The notes under the pieces: model-generated
Told to the model about the DNA's origin: nothing
Databases searched by the model: none
The model's input: only the letters and a program-made list of their open reading frames with translations
Program-made: the position numbers and the translations under genes
Assembly (NCBI GenBank): GCA_905329745.1
Contig: CAJNSZ010000290.1
Span: forward strand, 73,052 to 84,757
DNA: 11,706 bases
Direction: 5' to 3'
Origin: Rotaria sp.
Lineage: Eukaryota
Shown here: one piece after another, positions 9,417 through 11,706 of the stretch
Position numbering within the stretch: the stretch's first letter is position 1
How the letters are laid out: every line of letters starts with the position of its first letter

Positions 9417-11583
9417 GAAAGAGGAATCATATTTCAACAAGTAAAATTTCTCTTTCTAGTAGCGATTCATTTTCTTCAATAATTTTTATTAATATAGAAT
9501 TGAAATCCTTACTAATAAATAATTACTGCACTTTAATCTTCGGTATATTAACAATCTTAAACTACTTCTGTTTTATTTTGATTGATAAAAGCATATTATT
9601 GAGAAATTTAAGGACAATAGTTGATTTAATAAATTTTCCATTAAACTTTTATTGTTGTTTATTTCTCGCATATATATATGATGATAATCATTCTAGTTTA
9701 CTATAAAATAGATAAGTAGATTAATAAGATTATAATTTTAATTAATTTCTGTTTTTATGTTTACATGGGTATACTTTTTACACAGATACTAAAGGAAATG
9801 TATTGTAGTAGAAGTCAAATTATTGACAATAGAACACAAAATCTTGCATATGCATTAAAACATAATAAATTAAGCTACTATTTCAGTTGATACATCAATT
9901 ATACTTAGCGCATATCTTATCTAATCAGATTTCAAAGAAAAAAAAGAAGTAAATCAATATTTTATTTTATTAAGAGATTTAAATAGTTATAATGTTGTTT
10001 ACAGGAAATATTATTCGTTCGTTTGAATCCTTTTATAAAAACTTCTTTTTATAAATCTTTATTTTCTGAGATTATTATTTCGATTACATAATTGAAATTC
10101 TTCAGTTTTTATTAAATTTAATCAGATCATGCTGAATAATCAATCATCAGTCAATATTAGATCATGAAAGTCAGATAATGATAACCAATATAGAATATTT
10201 TCGACATCGAGAAGTTTAACATTTTTTTGTTTAATACAAATTAATTTTAGTTTTATTGAGTCAAAGTTTAAGAAGAGGTAATACAGATAAATACTTCTTA
10301 TTAGAGATTCTGAGAAGAAGAAAAAAACAACAGATTTCCAAAGAAATTCTTAATCTAAGACTTGTGATCAATAACTTATGTTTTTTTAAACATAATAAGT
10401 AAGAATCAGTATTTTTTATGTGTTTAACATTTTCATTTATGATGAATTAGGAATAAGAAATTTGATGAAACTGTTTTCATTTATTTGTTAGCTTCATATA
10501 AATCTTGAGTTTTTATTCAATGTACTCATTCAATTGGATTTCAATAAGAATAAAATCATAGATATGGGAACACAACATATACTGATATGCTTAAAACGAA
10601 CAATATAAATTAATTTTGCAGATAATCGAATCAGTGCAAATGTTAATTTTGTCATAAAAGCATAATAAAACTGTTTAAAAAAATAAAAGTTCAATGTCAG
10701 ACTAGAGAAGTAAAAATTTTGAGTTTAACTTATTCAAGACTTTATTTAATCATAGTTAAATGATTTTTTGTCAAAATATTCAACTTGCTTTAACAGTATC
10801 AAATGAATACATAATTTAAGTTCGTTATCATTTTTCTTTCAAGTTTACTTGAGAATATTTTACAAATAATTTCTTCAAATCTCAATTAAATCTTCCAAAG
10901 TATTCGAACAAAAAAATAATATTTTTTGATAATAAATTCGTATTAAAAGTGAAAATATTGTAAAGTGTATCTATATAGAGTATTATTTTATTAAAAAATG
11001 CAATCATTAAGATTTCTAAAAGTTTATAACAATAGAACATAATCTCTATTTAATTCAGAATATTTCTTTTTTAAGTCATTTACTTCAATTTCTATTAATC
11101 TAATCGTAATAAGTTGTTCATATTTTCAAGTCCTGTTTTATGTAATGATTATCTACATAGTAGATGTGTTAAGTACAATTCTATAAGATATTTTCCCCAT
11201 TTTTCTCATAAATATAATCTTTAAAAGTTATTTTGAATAGAAAGAGTTTTTAGGTATTATTTCAAATTGAATTGTCGCTATTCAAAGGCTAATGGCAATA
11301 TATATTTATCAGAACTCTATTTTATTATTAATATTTATATAAATGAGTTGATTATGTCAATTACATATTTGAAAATACAAAGAGTTGTTTTAATCAATCA
11401 AAGTTCGTTAAATCAAATTGGAAAATTCATTATCTTTCAATAATAGTTCGAAAGAATGAGATGATAATAGTATAACTACAATATTTTTAAGATGAGGATA
11501 TTTAAAATCTTTTTTTGTTTTTTTTATGAATATGACTCTTGATTTTGTCAAGTTGAAGTGTACAACAAATGATATTAATCAAT

Positions 11584-11680
11584 CAGTGGCGTAGCCATGG
11601 GGGTGGCCATTGGGCAATTGCCCAATAGTTCAAAAGTTATTGCCCAATAAATTTTGCGGACAATAGCAATTGCCCAAAAA
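11584..11680. repeat. An 18-bp perfect palindrome (11609-11626, ATTGGGCAATTGCCCAAT) plus direct ATTGCCCAA repeats, preceded by CAGTGGCGTAGCC. Possibly the terminus and subterminal repeats of a DNA transposon truncated by the window end.
   Basis: ATTGCCCAA(T/A) occurs at 11617, 11639 and 11669, with the inverted copy TTGGGCAAT at 11610. CAATAG occurs at 11623 and 11661. This block is locally much more GC-rich than the preceding 5 kb. Confidence 0.5.
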
Positions 11681-11706
11681 ATTGGTAAAAACGTTTTTTT
11701 TTGCTC

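Noticed and set aside
1028-9706. The other track ORFs: 1028..1265, 2990..3175, 3383..3662, 3851..4039, 5041..5235, 5916..6133, 6423..6623, 7582..7821, 9300..9482 and 9500..9706.
   Set aside because: All are 60-79 aa with no recognisable motif. Several overlap each other, lie out of frame inside the transposase, or lie inside repeats. Their composition mirrors the local AT-rich DNA. I treat them as chance ORFs.

Overview
This window does not look prokaryotic. It is AT-rich, and only one reading frame has recognisable protein homology. It also carries microsatellites, a long satellite array, and about 5.5 kb (6130-11580) with no credible ORF. I read it as repeat-rich eukaryotic DNA, probably from an invertebrate animal, though the species cannot be determined from sequence alone. 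Supported content: (1) a roughly 1.76 kb array of a 32-33 bp satellite monomer (1281-3040) with internal dyad symmetry and a higher-order monomer pattern. (2) GATC-rich arms on both sides of the array (599-960 and 3171-3364) that share short motifs and end in a 10-bp inverted pair; this may be one composite non-autonomous element. (3) A near full-length mariner-family DNA transposon (4085-5773) with unusually long terminal inverted repeats of about 133 bp. Its 349-codon D,D34D transposase frame is interrupted by a single in-frame TAA. (4) A small GC-richer island with ACAGGACAGG repeats and alternative hairpins (5967-6096). (5) Two microsatellites. (6) At the right edge, an 18-bp perfect palindrome with ATTGCCCAA repeats, possibly the terminus of another transposon cut off by the window. 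I found no operon, defence system, CRISPR array, tRNA or rRNA. The novelty here is in repeat and transposon biology, not in a new multi-gene system.
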